Assembly: GCA_963788655.1 (NCBI GenBank) | Contig: CAWBHS010000057.1 | Span: forward strand, 32,001 to 96,000 | Source: an uncultured Verrucomicrobiae bacterium | Lineage (GTDB): Bacteria > Verrucomicrobiota > Verrucomicrobiia > Limisphaerales > JAFGQR01 | DNA length: 64,000 nucleotides | Reading direction: 5' to 3' | In this document: positions 54,003 through 64,000 of the stretch, in pieces | Layout: each line of letters begins with the position of its first letter | Position numbering within the stretch: the first letter of the stretch is position 1 | Translations under genes and position numbers: made by a program | Notes under the pieces: model-generated | Told to the model about the DNA's origin: nothing | Database searches by the model: none | What the model saw: only the letters and a program-made list of their open reading frames with translations

Positions 54003-55019
54003 TCATGGTCGCGGCTCCGTTGCCGGCGGCGGACTCGTGGTCTGGTCAGCCTTTTCACGCTTTTCGAGCTTCTTGAGCAACGCTGTTTTTACCACTCCGA
54101 GACTTTCGTCGGTCACCCGGTTCAAGTTGGTGTGCGCCGCCGCAAATCGGCCGGCGTTGATTTGCCAGCGGGCAAAATGGAGGTAAACCCCTTGACGCTC
54201 CTTCTCATCGCGCGCCAGTTCCAAGGCAATTTCCCAGGCCGCCAACGCGTCCTCGGTCCGATCCTTCCGAGCCAGCCGGTCCTTCTCCTCGTTGCCGGTT
54301 TGAGGCGCCGGAATGCCGTAATAGGTCATGGCCCAATCAGTCGCCAACAGGAAATTGGTGGGGTCCAATTCCAACGCTCGACGATAAAGCGCCAACGACT
54401 TGTCGAACACTTCCTGGATACTGATTTTGAAATAGTTGGTCGCGTCGCGCCGGAACAGGTACATCGTGGTGGCAAGATTCTGATAATAGACTGCCTCCAT
54501 GGGTTTCAAGGCCAGCGCCTTGCCATAGCACTCGAAGGCCTTTGCCACCGGACCATTGTGCCCGTAATAATTCGCCAGGTTGTTCCAGGCCGCCGGATCG
54601 TTCGGATCCACTTCGGTTGCTTTTTGAAATTGTTCCCGCGCCGCGTCTTCTTCGGCAAGGTCGCTAAGGAAACTCCCATAAGCCACCCGGGCACCCGCAT
54701 GATCGGGATGCCGCTTGATAAAGGTCTCGTAGCCCTTGCGCACCGATTCAAACCGCTGGTTCATGCGCGCTTTCAGGCTGATCATCCCCGTATTGTCCCC
54801 TTCGGCCTGCCGCTCTTGGGCGTCCAGAATCCATTTGTCCACCTCGGCCTGCGCCGCATCGTCCGCGGCCATCAACTTTCTAAACTCCTGGTCGATCGGA
54901 TCGTTCGGATTCGGCACGGTGACCGAGATCCCGGTGTTTTGGGAAATCAAATTACTGATCGCCGCCGGCTGATTCGTTGCCAGCAGCGTGCTTATCAAAC
55001 CAATCAACGCGTTGCTCAC
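54003..55019 (-). CDS. Tetratricopeptide-repeat protein, probably exported
   Basis: TPR-like helices (A..AYG.FL; DP..AAWNNLA; AL.LKP..AVYYQNLA; ALELDP); hydrophobic N-terminus; GTG start. Confidence 0.85.
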   Translation of the reverse strand: MSNALIGLISTLLATNQPAAISNLISQNTGISVTVPNPNDPIDQEFRKLMAADDAAQAEVDKWILDAQERQAEGDNTGMISLKARMNQRFESVRKGYETFIKRHPDHAGARVAYGSFLSDLAEEDAAREQFQKATEVDPNDPAAWNNLANYYGHNGPVAKAFECYGKALALKPMEAVYYQNLATTMYLFRRDATNYFKISIQEVFDKSLALYRRALELDPTNFLLATDWAMTYYGIPAPQTGNEEKDRLARKDRTEDALAAWEIALELARDEKERQGVYLHFARWQINAGRFAAAHTNLNRVTDESLGVVKTALLKKLEKREKADQTTSPPPATEPRP

Positions 55020-55180
55020 AATTCGAAACTAGCATGAACGCGCCGCGGAACGCAACGCGAGGCATGGAACGGGGCGAAATCCGAAGTCCGAAATCCGCCT
55101 CGACCTCCGGATGCACCGCGCCAGGGCTGTTTCCAACTTCCACCTTGAAAAATGCCGCCAAAACAAGTATAGAATCGCGC

Positions 55181-58100
55181 ATGAATCCACCTGCCAACCC
55201 TGGAATGCGATGTACCATGGTGTACGGCCCAAGGCGGCAACCTGTTTCCTTTCAATGCCGACGGGCCTTCCGGACAATTTCCCGATGCGTTGCGCTCCTA
55301 TGGGGGCTCCTCGGGTTAACCGTGTTCCCGGCGCAGGCCCAGTTTTTCTACGAACAACTCCGGGCCTTCGGCAACACCAACGCCATGGCCACCCAGCCGT
55401 ACGCCCCGGTCATCGAGGCCAGCGACGGACTTTTATATGGCACTACATTTGCCGGCGGTGCAGCGGGGAACGGCACGGTGTTCACGATCGTCAAGGACGG
55501 CACCGGATTCCGGGTGTTGCACAGTTTTGGCATCACGGCCGGTGATGGTCTTTCGCCGTACGCCGGTTTATTGGAAGGCAGCGACGGATTGCTCTACGGC
55601 ACCACGCGCGAAGGCGGCAATGCCAGCCTGGGGGCGATCTTCAAAATGGCCAAGGACGGCACCGGCTACAGCGTGCTGCACAGCTTCTCCGGTGGCACGG
55701 GCGATGGAGCAAATCCTTACGCGGCGCTGATCGAAGGGACGGACGGCATGCTTTACGGCGTTTGCTACAACGGCGGCGCTTCCAGCGTGGGCACAATTTT
55801 TAAGCTCAATCCGGACGGCAGTGGCTACGCCGTGGTTCGCATTTTTCCGGCGGTAAGAACGATGGGGAAAATCCTTCTGCCGCGCTGCTGGAGGGTAGCG
55901 ACGGCGTCCTGTATGGCACCACCGAACACGGCGGCAATGAATACACCACTGACCTCGGCACGAAAATCAGCGTTGGCACCGTGTTCAAGATCAACAAGAA
56001 TGGCAGCAGTTACAGCGTGCTCCGCAAGTTTTCCACCAGCGGTGGCGATGGCCGCCATCCGATTGCTCCGTTGATCGAAGCCAGCGATGGCCTGTTATAT
56101 GGGACCACTTCACAGGGCGGCACGACGGATGCCGACGGCTATACTTATGGTACCGTGTTTCGCTTGGGCAAGTCCGGTTCCGGTTACCAGGTGCTTCGGA
56201 AGTTTCTGGACCTGAACGACGCGCAAAATCCCACGGGCGGGCTCGTGCAAGCCGGTGACGGCTTCCTGTATGGCACGACCGAATTCGATGGCTTCAATTA
56301 CGCGGGAGCCGTGTTTCGAATGGCCCTCGACGGCAGCAGTTATTCGGTCCCATTTGTGTTCAGCAGCACGGATGGTGAAGCGCCCTCTGCCTCGCTCATT
56401 GAAGCCAGCGACGGTTTGCTCTACGGCACGACCAGTCGCGGCGGCCTCACGGATCAGGGCACCCTGTTCCAATTGGCGGCCGGCGGCGCAACGCACACAT
56501 TGCTGCACGCATTCAGTCAAACCGGCGGTGACCCCGGCAATCTGGAAGCCGGCCTGATTGAGGGCAGCGACGGGCAGTTCTATGGCGTTAGCCGAAACGG
56601 CGGCGCTGCCAACGCCGGCACCGTTTTCCAGGTCAGCCCGGACGGCAGCGGATTGACCATCCTGCACTCCTTTGCCACGGACGGTGTGGACGGACAGGAA
56701 CCAGCCGGCCGTTTGTTGGAAGGTTCGGACGGCATGCTCTATGGCACCACCTATTACGGCGGCACAACCAACAAAGGCACGGTGTTCCGGCTCCAGAAAG
56801 ACGGCGGTGGTTATGCGGTGCTTTGCAATTTCCTCGATTATCACCAAGGCCAGAACCCGGAGGCCGGGCTCATCGAAGGCAACGACGGCGCGCTGTACGG
56901 CACCTGCACCAAAGGTGGTTCCGGCGTACTGTATGGAACCATTTTCAAGCTCAACAAAAACGGCACCGGCTTTGCCACCCTCTACAACTTCAGTCTGGAC
57001 CGGCGCAATCCTAACGCGCCATTGATCGAGGGACCCGACGATTATCTTTACGGCACCGCCAATTATGGCGGGCGGCCCAGCAGTCCCACTCCAGGCGAGG
57101 TCTTTCGCATTCGAAAAGATGGTTCCGGCTATGTCACATTGCACGCGTTTGGAGGCAATGACGGACAAATATCCTGTCGGCGGTTTGTTGGCTCCTGGTG
57201 ACGGCTGGCTCTACGGAGTCACCGCCAACGGCGGCGCCAACGATGAAGGAACCTTGTATCGCCTGCAACCTAATGGCAGCAGCTTCAGCGTGCTGAAAAG
57301 TTTCCCGGCTGCCGGCAACGACGGTCACAATCCGCTCGGCGGTTTGGCCTTGGGTGCCGACGGAATGCTTTACGGCACGCACCTCCAGCGGCGGCTCTTA
57401 CAACGCCGGCACCGCGTTCCGTTTGGCGCCCGCTGGCGGCGACTTTGAGACGTTGCACGCTTTCGGCGCCACGATCACTGATGGACAGAGTCCACAGGCA
57501 GCCTTAATCCAGGCGAGCGACGGCAATTTCTATGGCACCACCGCGCTGGGCGGACGCGGCGACCTGGGTACCGTCTTCCGCTTCGGCAACAATCAGGCAG
57601 TCGATGTGTCCGTCGAACTCACGGCGCACCCGGATCCCGTGGCACTTGGGCAAGACCTGACGTACGACGTGGTGATCAGCAACGCCGGTCCCACGATCGC
57701 CTCCGCCGTGTTGCTCACCAATCAACTACCGACCGCCGTCAACTTTGTTTCCGCGACCGCCAGCCAGGGTGGTTGCACCATTGATAACGGGATCGTCGAA
57801 TGTGCCTTGGGCAGCCTGGACGCCCAGGCAACTGCCACGGTCAGCATTGTCGTTTCGCCGACCGAAGTCGGGATGCTGACCAACACCGTTTGGGTGAGTG
57901 CCGCACAGGCCGATTCGGTCTCCCAACAACAATTCCGCCGCGGCAGCCGTGGACGTTCTGCAGCCGCCCACGATCAGCGAACCTCCACATGTCCATGACC
58001 GTCACGAACGGAGCGTCGGTCAATTTCAGCGTCACCGCCGCCGGCTCGGATCTGAGTTACCAATGGACCCATGACGGCGCCGTTATTTCCGGCGAAACCA

Positions 58101-58994
58101 GCAGCGTGCTGACCCTGGTTGCGGTCAGTCAGGAGGACGCCGGTGACTATCACGTGTCGATCACCAACGCCGTGGGTTCCGTCACCAGTTCGCCCGCCAC
58201 CTTGACTGTGCTCGAATTGCCAACGATCGCGCCAATCGACGATCAATCCACCGACGAAGACACGCCACTGCAAATCGCGCTCACCATTGGCGACTTGGAA
58301 ACGCCGGCCACCGCCTTGGCCGTCACGGCGAGCTCCGACAATCAAGTGCTCGTGCCCAATGCTAACCTGCAAATCTCCGACGGCGGCAGCAATCGGACGT
58401 TGACCATTTCTCCGGCGTTGAATCAATTCGGTTCCGCCCTCATTACCGTCACCGTCACCGACGAAGACGGGCTTTCCGCCCAGTCGGCTTTTACGCTCAC
58501 TGTGAATTCGGTGCTCGATTTACCAATCATCACGCAACAACCGCAGGAACGTCACCGTGCCGTCGGGAACAGATGCGACATTTAGCGTGGCGGCTGAAGG
58601 CGTCCCGGACCTCCAATACCAATGGCAACACCGCGGCGCCGCCCTGCCAGGGGAGACCGGGGCTATCTTGATTGTGAGCGGCACGCAACCAAACGATGCC
58701 GGTGATTACGCCGTGGTCGTGACGAGCTTCGATGGTTCGGTAACGAGTGAAACTGCGCAATTGCGCGTGTTGGTTGCGCCGACATTGACCGCGGTGGAAT
58801 TCTAGCGCGGGTCAGGCTAGCTTCTCATTTCAGACCGTCAAAGGTTATTCCTACATCGTCGAATACAACGACTCGCTGGCGCCCGATGGTTGGACGCGCC
58901 CTTCCGACGATTCCAGGCACCGGCGAAGCTCACCCCATTCACGGACGCCAGCGCCGTCCAGCCCCATCGTTTCTATCGCGTGCGAGTAGAGTAA
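55181..58994 (+). CDS. GloVer (Gloeo_Verruco, TIGR03803-type) repeat protein with DUF11, Ig, cadherin-like and terminal FYR domains (~1,270 aa; ~9 frameshifts)
   Basis: 14 repeats P.A.LIE.SDG.LYGTT..GG...GTVF.....G..Y.VL..F; DUF11 (PDPV..GQDLTY.V.ISNAGP); Ig units; DQSTDEDTP..TDEDG. Restored end YSYIVEYNDSL..W..TD..HRFYRVRVE*. Start uncertain (55181 or 55218). Confidence 0.85.
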
Positions 58995-59172
58995 AACAAA
59001 GCTCGATCACCGTCTCATTCGTGCCATGTGTCCCTTCCACTAGACCACCGCGAGTCATGGTGCTTGCATGGTATGGCCGACCGACAGTTATTACTTCTCG
59101 ATTCATGCGCTGGGCGGTGAAGCTGGCCTGAATCGCTTCATGCTTGTTTCCCTTATTGAATTTGGAAAAAGG

Positions 59173-59215
59173 TTGAACCCGGAAAAAGGTTTAGTATAAT
59201 GTAAACGTATTTACA
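59173..59215 (+). promoter_or_regulatory. sigma70 promoter with overlapping palindromic operator
   Basis: TTGAAC-N16-TATAAT (59173-59200), immediately followed by TGTAAAcgtaTTTACA (59200-59215); ATG at 59218. Confidence 0.65.
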
Positions 59216-59217
59216 CT

Positions 59218-61711
59218 ATGAGAGCTTGTTTTTACCTACTCTTGGCAACCGGCTTGGAATGGTCGGGGATGGTTGGGGCGGCGCAACAACAGCAGCAGGT
59301 GCGCATTGATCGCCTCACGCCGAGTGAGATTGCGCTTTCCATGGACACCATAGCAGGCACCAGTTACGAATTGCTCTACGCGCCGCGCCTTATGGAAGGT
59401 TTCTTCGTCATCGAAACGTTCGTCAGCGCCGGCGGCACCGAGCAGCGAACGCTGGATCGGGCTTTCTATCCGGGCGAAGCCTATTTCGCGCTGGCTCAGG
59501 CGCCGTTTCAAGCCGGTTCCGGCCGCGTCACCGCCACGGTGGAGGCCTATGGAAGCGGGTCGCCGCCGCCGGTAATCGACACGACGAAACAACATCCGGC
59601 ACCCGGACATTCCTCTGTAGGCTGGAACGAGGTGGCGTGGGACGTGGATCACAGCGTGGCGCTCTCGCTGCCCCAGTTGCGCGGCCGCATTGAGCACGCG
59701 GACCAGCGCGCCGCGGACGCCAACGTGGCCACGAACGGAAGTCCGACTGGCGCCTACAACCGGAAGTTGGACCGCTATCACTTCTGGCCAAACGTCATTC
59801 ACCTTTCGCAAGTCTGGTATCAAGCGCCGGATTTGTATGGGACGCTGGTGAGCGCGCTGCTGGACCGGGAAGACGGCGCTAATCGGCTGGTGATGAGCAA
59901 CTACCTCGAGCAAGCCATTGGCGTGCTCCAGCAACGCGTGGTACCTGGCGCACGACTTCTGCACCCAGGTACCGGTGGGCGACCGGGTGCTGTTCGAGGT
60001 ACACTATTCGGTCCTGATCAACCTGGACGACAAGACCGTGCTGGAAGTTCAGAGCCATGGCCGGGAACAGGAGGGACTGGGGGAATTGACTGATCCGCGT
60101 GCCGCTGAGCTGCAGATGTTAATGCAGAATGGTCTGCCCGCGGCGACTCCCGACGAAGCGTGGGACATGTGCCTGCGCGGAAATTTCAACATCTACAAAT
60201 ACAATGCCATCAATGTGGACAAATGGGATTCGGCGCCAACACGGGAGTATTATCTGCGCCGAATTGATTTGTCGTGCGGCGCTCCCCCGCCCCAGGTCGC
60301 CTTCCCCATCCAGCCCGAGGAACCCACTTATCCGTGCCTCTTGCTGGGGATTCCGATGATCCTGAAGCAACCCGGAGATATTCCGCTAGAAAAGTTGCCG
60401 CCGCGGCATCCGGGCAATCCAGGCGGAGGCGATGATCCGGACAATCCTTTCCAGCCGCCGCCCAACGGGCCGCGACCGCTGCCGCCGGGCAGTGGCTCGG
60501 ATCTCATCTCACCGTTTCCGGCGCCCGGCGAACCGGATGACGCAGCCTCGCCGTCGAACACTGGCGAACCGAGCAGCGGCCCTTCCCCCTCGACGCCACC
60601 GACGCCGGGCTGTCCACCCGATGACCCAACGGAAATCCTGAACCAGATCGCCGCCAAATATGCCGAAGTGGACGCCGCTTATTCGAACGCACTGGCGCGT
60701 TACAATCGCGATGTCCAGACGTTTAACGACAACTTCAAATGGGGCTGGCCCGAGGCCGGGACCGAAGTCCAATTCGAGGATCCTGAATTGCAGTCCTTGT
60801 ATGAAAGCTTCCTGGCGCAAGTGGAAGCCAAACGCCGGGTCATTCAGGACCTGCTGGATATGATCCGTCAGGACCGGCAGGCCATCGAAGCCAAGAAGAT
60901 GGAGTGTGGCACCCTGGTCTTAATGGCGGCCGGCTTGCGGGCCAGTATGTGGGAAAACATGATCACGGTCGGCGGCGAATGGTCGCAGGTTTCGATCAAT
61001 TGCGTTCCTGCGTTCGTCCCTTCGGGGGGAATTCCGGCGAACCAGGTCGTGGTCGTGACCGAAGAAATGCAACGGCAATTTCAAAGCGACCTCTACGGCG
61101 CGCTGATGAATGGGGCGACTTGGGATGAAGCCGTCGAGACCGCCGTGACCGCCGCGCCCGGCGATGCCATCATGAAGACGATTTGGCGTGGTTATGCGCA
61201 ATGCCTGAAGAAACTTGCGGTCCGGCAATTGCGCATTTTCCTGGCGATGTACCTGCCACCGGAGGACGTGGAAACCGGCATTCGCATCATGTTTGAAGGC
61301 GAGTCGGCCCTATCCCCGGAACAAGCCGAGTGCCTGCGGCAACTCCGGGAACTCGTCGAAGGTCTGCGGCCCCAATGGGAGGCACAGCGGGCGACCATCC
61401 GCGATTGCGAACGGCAGATTCACGATCTCTGGATTCAGTTTTATCAGGCGGTGCAGGCTCGCAACGCCGCCGCGCGCCAAACGCATCGCGATTTCGACCA
61501 GAAGCTATATATCCTTGAGGCCTTCATGGCCTACCTGCGAAACGGTGGCTTCGACTTGGACAACCCGGATGACCCGGCAGCGCCGCGCTACCTGACCCAC
61601 GAAGCGTTCTGCCGCCTGCTGCGGATGCTGCTGGTCGATCCGGAGTGCGCGAGCATCCCGTGCATCCCGGAATACCTGCAGACGTTGATTGATGTGAACT
61701 GCCCCGACTAA
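59218..61711 (+). CDS. Hypothetical secreted protein (~830 aa; +1 frameshift ~59920) with Pro-rich linker and helical Cys-containing C-terminal half
   Basis: Signal-like N-terminus; ORFs 59218-60093 and 59918-61711 join at ..LEQAI/ACSSNAWYL; PPxG/DDP-rich linker; coiled-coil segments. Confidence 0.7.
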
Positions 61712-61712
61712 C

Positions 61713-62237
61713 GTGAAGCTCAACCGACAGTGTGAGATAAAAGAATACCTGCTGAAAGCGGATGGTGGATTTCCCAACAACCCGCGGCTGCCGCTGCTGA
61801 TTTACAAATCCGTTTTGGAACCGTCATCGGAGGACTTGGCCGGCGAGATTGAATCGCTGTTCGAGAGGCACGGATGGGGCGGTTCCTGGCGCGACAGCGT
61901 TTATCCCTTTCATCACTACCACAGCAACACGCACGAAGTGCTCGGGTGTTATCGCGGATCGGCCACGATCCAGTTCGGCGGCCCCAACGGTCCGGTCGTG
62001 CCGTTCGTGGCCGGGGATGTGGCCGTGCTGCCCGCCGGCACTTCCCACAAGAAACTCGATGCCAGTCACGACTTCGCTGTGGTTGGCGCTTATCCCGCTG
62101 CCGCCGACTACGATCTGCTCAAAGGGGATCCCGCCGACCGGCCCCAAGCTGAAGTAAACATCCGGGCTACTCCGATTCCCGACGCCGATCCGGTTTTTGG
62201 ATCGGATGGTGGGCTGCGGCAACACTGGCAGGGTTGA
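61713..62237 (+). CDS. Cupin-domain protein (YjlB-like)
   Basis: FPNNPRLPLLIY, GW.GSWR, FHHYHSNTHEVLG, GDVAVLPAGTSH, VVGAYP, DPVFG. Confidence 0.9.
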   Translation: MKLNRQCEIKEYLLKADGGFPNNPRLPLLIYKSVLEPSSEDLAGEIESLFERHGWGGSWRDSVYPFHHYHSNTHEVLGCYRGSATIQFGGPNGPVVPFVAGDVAVLPAGTSHKKLDASHDFAVVGAYPAAADYDLLKGDPADRPQAEVNIRATPIPDADPVFGSDGGLRQHWQG

Positions 62238-62299
62238 CTTTATCCGTTCACTTACGAATCCCGGTACCGCATTCCGCGTAAGCATCCACAGATGGACGG

Positions 62300-62403
62300 A
62301 AGCGCGGGCGTCCTCGCCGGCGAGTTCGAGCACCGTCCCGGTGCATGAGCCCGACTGGCGGCGAGACGCCGCCGTAACTCGCAGCCGGGACGGCTGCGCT
62401 ACA
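62300..62403. repeat. GTAG-type REP doublet
   Basis: Hairpins gcaccgtcccggtgc, ggcggcgagacgccgcc and ctcgcagccgggacggctgcgctac (minus strand GTAGCGCAGCCGTCCCGGCTGCGAG). Confidence 0.7.
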
Positions 62404-62492
62404 ATTGCCGGCAACCTGTCGATGCCCTGGTAAGCATCTCTCATCCACATTTAAACTTGCCGCAACGCGTGGGGTTTGCGTATTAAAGCTTG

Positions 62493-64000
62493 ATGCTGTT
62501 CCGCTCAACCACGACTGCCGCGTTTCGTTTCGGCGCGCTTTTCTATCGTCTCCTTTGCTTGATCCCCATTTTCATCCTGACGGCGTTCTTGAGCACCGCC
62601 ACTGCCCAGCCAAACCAGACCAAAACCGGCAAGCCCTGGCTCGACATGGACTACGGCCCGTTCCTGACGGCCACGATCGAAGCCCCTGCGCCGCGCACCA
62701 ACCTGGCCTACAAGGGATCGCGATTAATGTCGGCCAGGCTTTTGGCGGCGATCACAACGAAGCGATTGTTTTCGACACCGATCTGCTGCGTTACTCCGCC
62801 GGCTGGACCGGCCATTTCGTGGCGCTCAAAGGGGTCGTGTATGACGGCGCCCATTGGGACTATCCCGGAATCGACGGCGACCAAGTTTTCGGTAATCCCA
62901 TGACGCCAGGTTGGGCTCGAGAGCGGCCAGTTTGATGATCCGCGTGAATATCCGTTTGGACCGCTGCCACACGATTGGGCCCATTGGAAAGGACTCTACC
63001 TGCACGGCAACCAAGTGATTCTGTCGTACACCGTCGGCGACTGCCCGGTGCTGGAAATGCCCTCGCTCGAACGCGCGGGCGAAACCACAGCGTTCACTCG
63101 CGTGCTGAACCTGGGACCATCCGCCACCGACCAAACCGTGCAACTCATTTTCGACGCCGCCAAGCAAACTCAAGTGGTGCGTTTGACCGACCTTCAATCC
63201 GCCGCCGCCACGACTCCGGTCAACGCCACGCTTGCCCTGTTGCAACCTCCCCTACGCCCATCGTCAAGTGCCAAGTCCTCGGCAGCGGCGCCGGAAAATG
63301 ATTTGCTCGGCCTTTGGGAATTCAATGAAGGCGGCGGCGAAGTGGCGCAGGATCGATCTGGCCATCAGCGGCCATTGAAGCTCGAGGGCACCGGTTGGGA
63401 TTCATCGGGGCAGGAAGGGTCCGCCTTGTCGTTTGCCGGACATCATTTCGCCGAAGTAGCGCGGCCGGACGAAATCGATTTTGATCGTTCGGATTTGTCC
63501 ATCGCCGTTTGGATCAAGACCCGGAAGGACGGCACCATCCTGTCCAAAACTGCACCGGACACCAAGTGGGTGCCTGATGGCAAATCGTTATTCGTGCGCA
63601 ATGGCCGGTTGGGTTTCGACATTGGCTGGGTGGGCGCCGTCCAGGGCGAACATCCCATCGCTGACGGTGCCTGGCATCACGTCATGCTGACTTGGTCGCA
63701 CACCGACGGACATGTCGCGCTGTTTGTGGATGGCCGCGCCGAACGCGCCGGCAACTTGAAGCCCAAACACGTCACGTCAGGCTACGTCGTCCGCCTTGGC
63801 TTTACGGCAACGAATTTTCCCGCCTCACCGTGGCTTCATGGCTCCCTGGATGGGCTGCGCCTTTATGGACGCATCTTGTCGGCTGAAGAAATTGCCACGC
63901 TCGCCCAGCAGCAACTGATACCGCAATTGCTGGCCGTGGGAGTTGTGGGCGCGCCGACCGGCAGCGCCTGGGTCACCAACGCCAACGGCCACATTCGACT
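62493..64000 (+). CDS. DUF6797-like secreted protein with LamG-like jelly-roll domain (partial; frameshifts ~62716, ~62921)
   Basis: W.DMDYGPFL..T, AYKGIAI, FDTDLLR..AGW, GPLP..WA.WKGLYLHG..VILSYTVG; then LW.FNEG.G, SI.VWIKT, DG.WHHV.LT, LFVDG, GSLDGLRLY.R.LS.EEI. Confidence 0.8.

Noticed and set aside
16200..62925. About 20 frameshifts read as pseudogenes, phase variation or programmed frameshifting
   Set aside because: Nearly all are single +1 insertions, no in-frame nonsense decay is evident, and glgA is affected too. At 16211 the sequence ctccggcc looks like a merge of the two repeat variants ctccgcc (~18788) and ctcggcc (~20336). This fits long-read consensus error; read polishing would settle it.

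Overview
GC-rich bacterial window, most likely Verrucomicrobiota (Pedosphaerales/Limisphaerales-like). This is inferred from the GloVer repeats, the DUF6797-like protein, the REP types and the protein architectures. The window is dominated by very large secreted or surface proteins. In order: a Calx-beta/Ig protein; a sigma54-driven four-gene operon (coiled-coil periplasmic protein, outer-membrane beta-barrel, histidine kinase, beta-propeller); a ~5,100-aa Cys-rich HYR-repeat protein; glgA; serS; a tandem array of three 2,300-2,700-aa CotH-kinase/lamin-tail-domain (LTD)/Ig proteins plus a kinase-less LTD paralogue; an atypical Hanks-type kinase; a TPR protein; a 14-repeat GloVer protein; an unknown secreted protein; a cupin; and a DUF6797/LamG protein. 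About 20 frameshifts, almost all +1 insertions, look like long-read consensus errors, so split ORFs are reported joined. Main leads: (i) a shared ~70-aa terminal domain ending (F/Y)(Y/F)R on six otherwise unrelated or paralogous secreted proteins, a candidate export/sorting signal; (ii) an extracellular CotH kinase array next to a giant protein with Ser/Arg-rich loops, a candidate kinase-substrate pair; (iii) nested lectin-in-lectin-in-LTD domain insertions; (iv) two sigma54 promoters sharing a TGGG-N8-CCCA upstream site; (v) a Hanks kinase lacking the Lys-Glu pair. No rRNA, tRNA, CRISPR array or transposase was seen.
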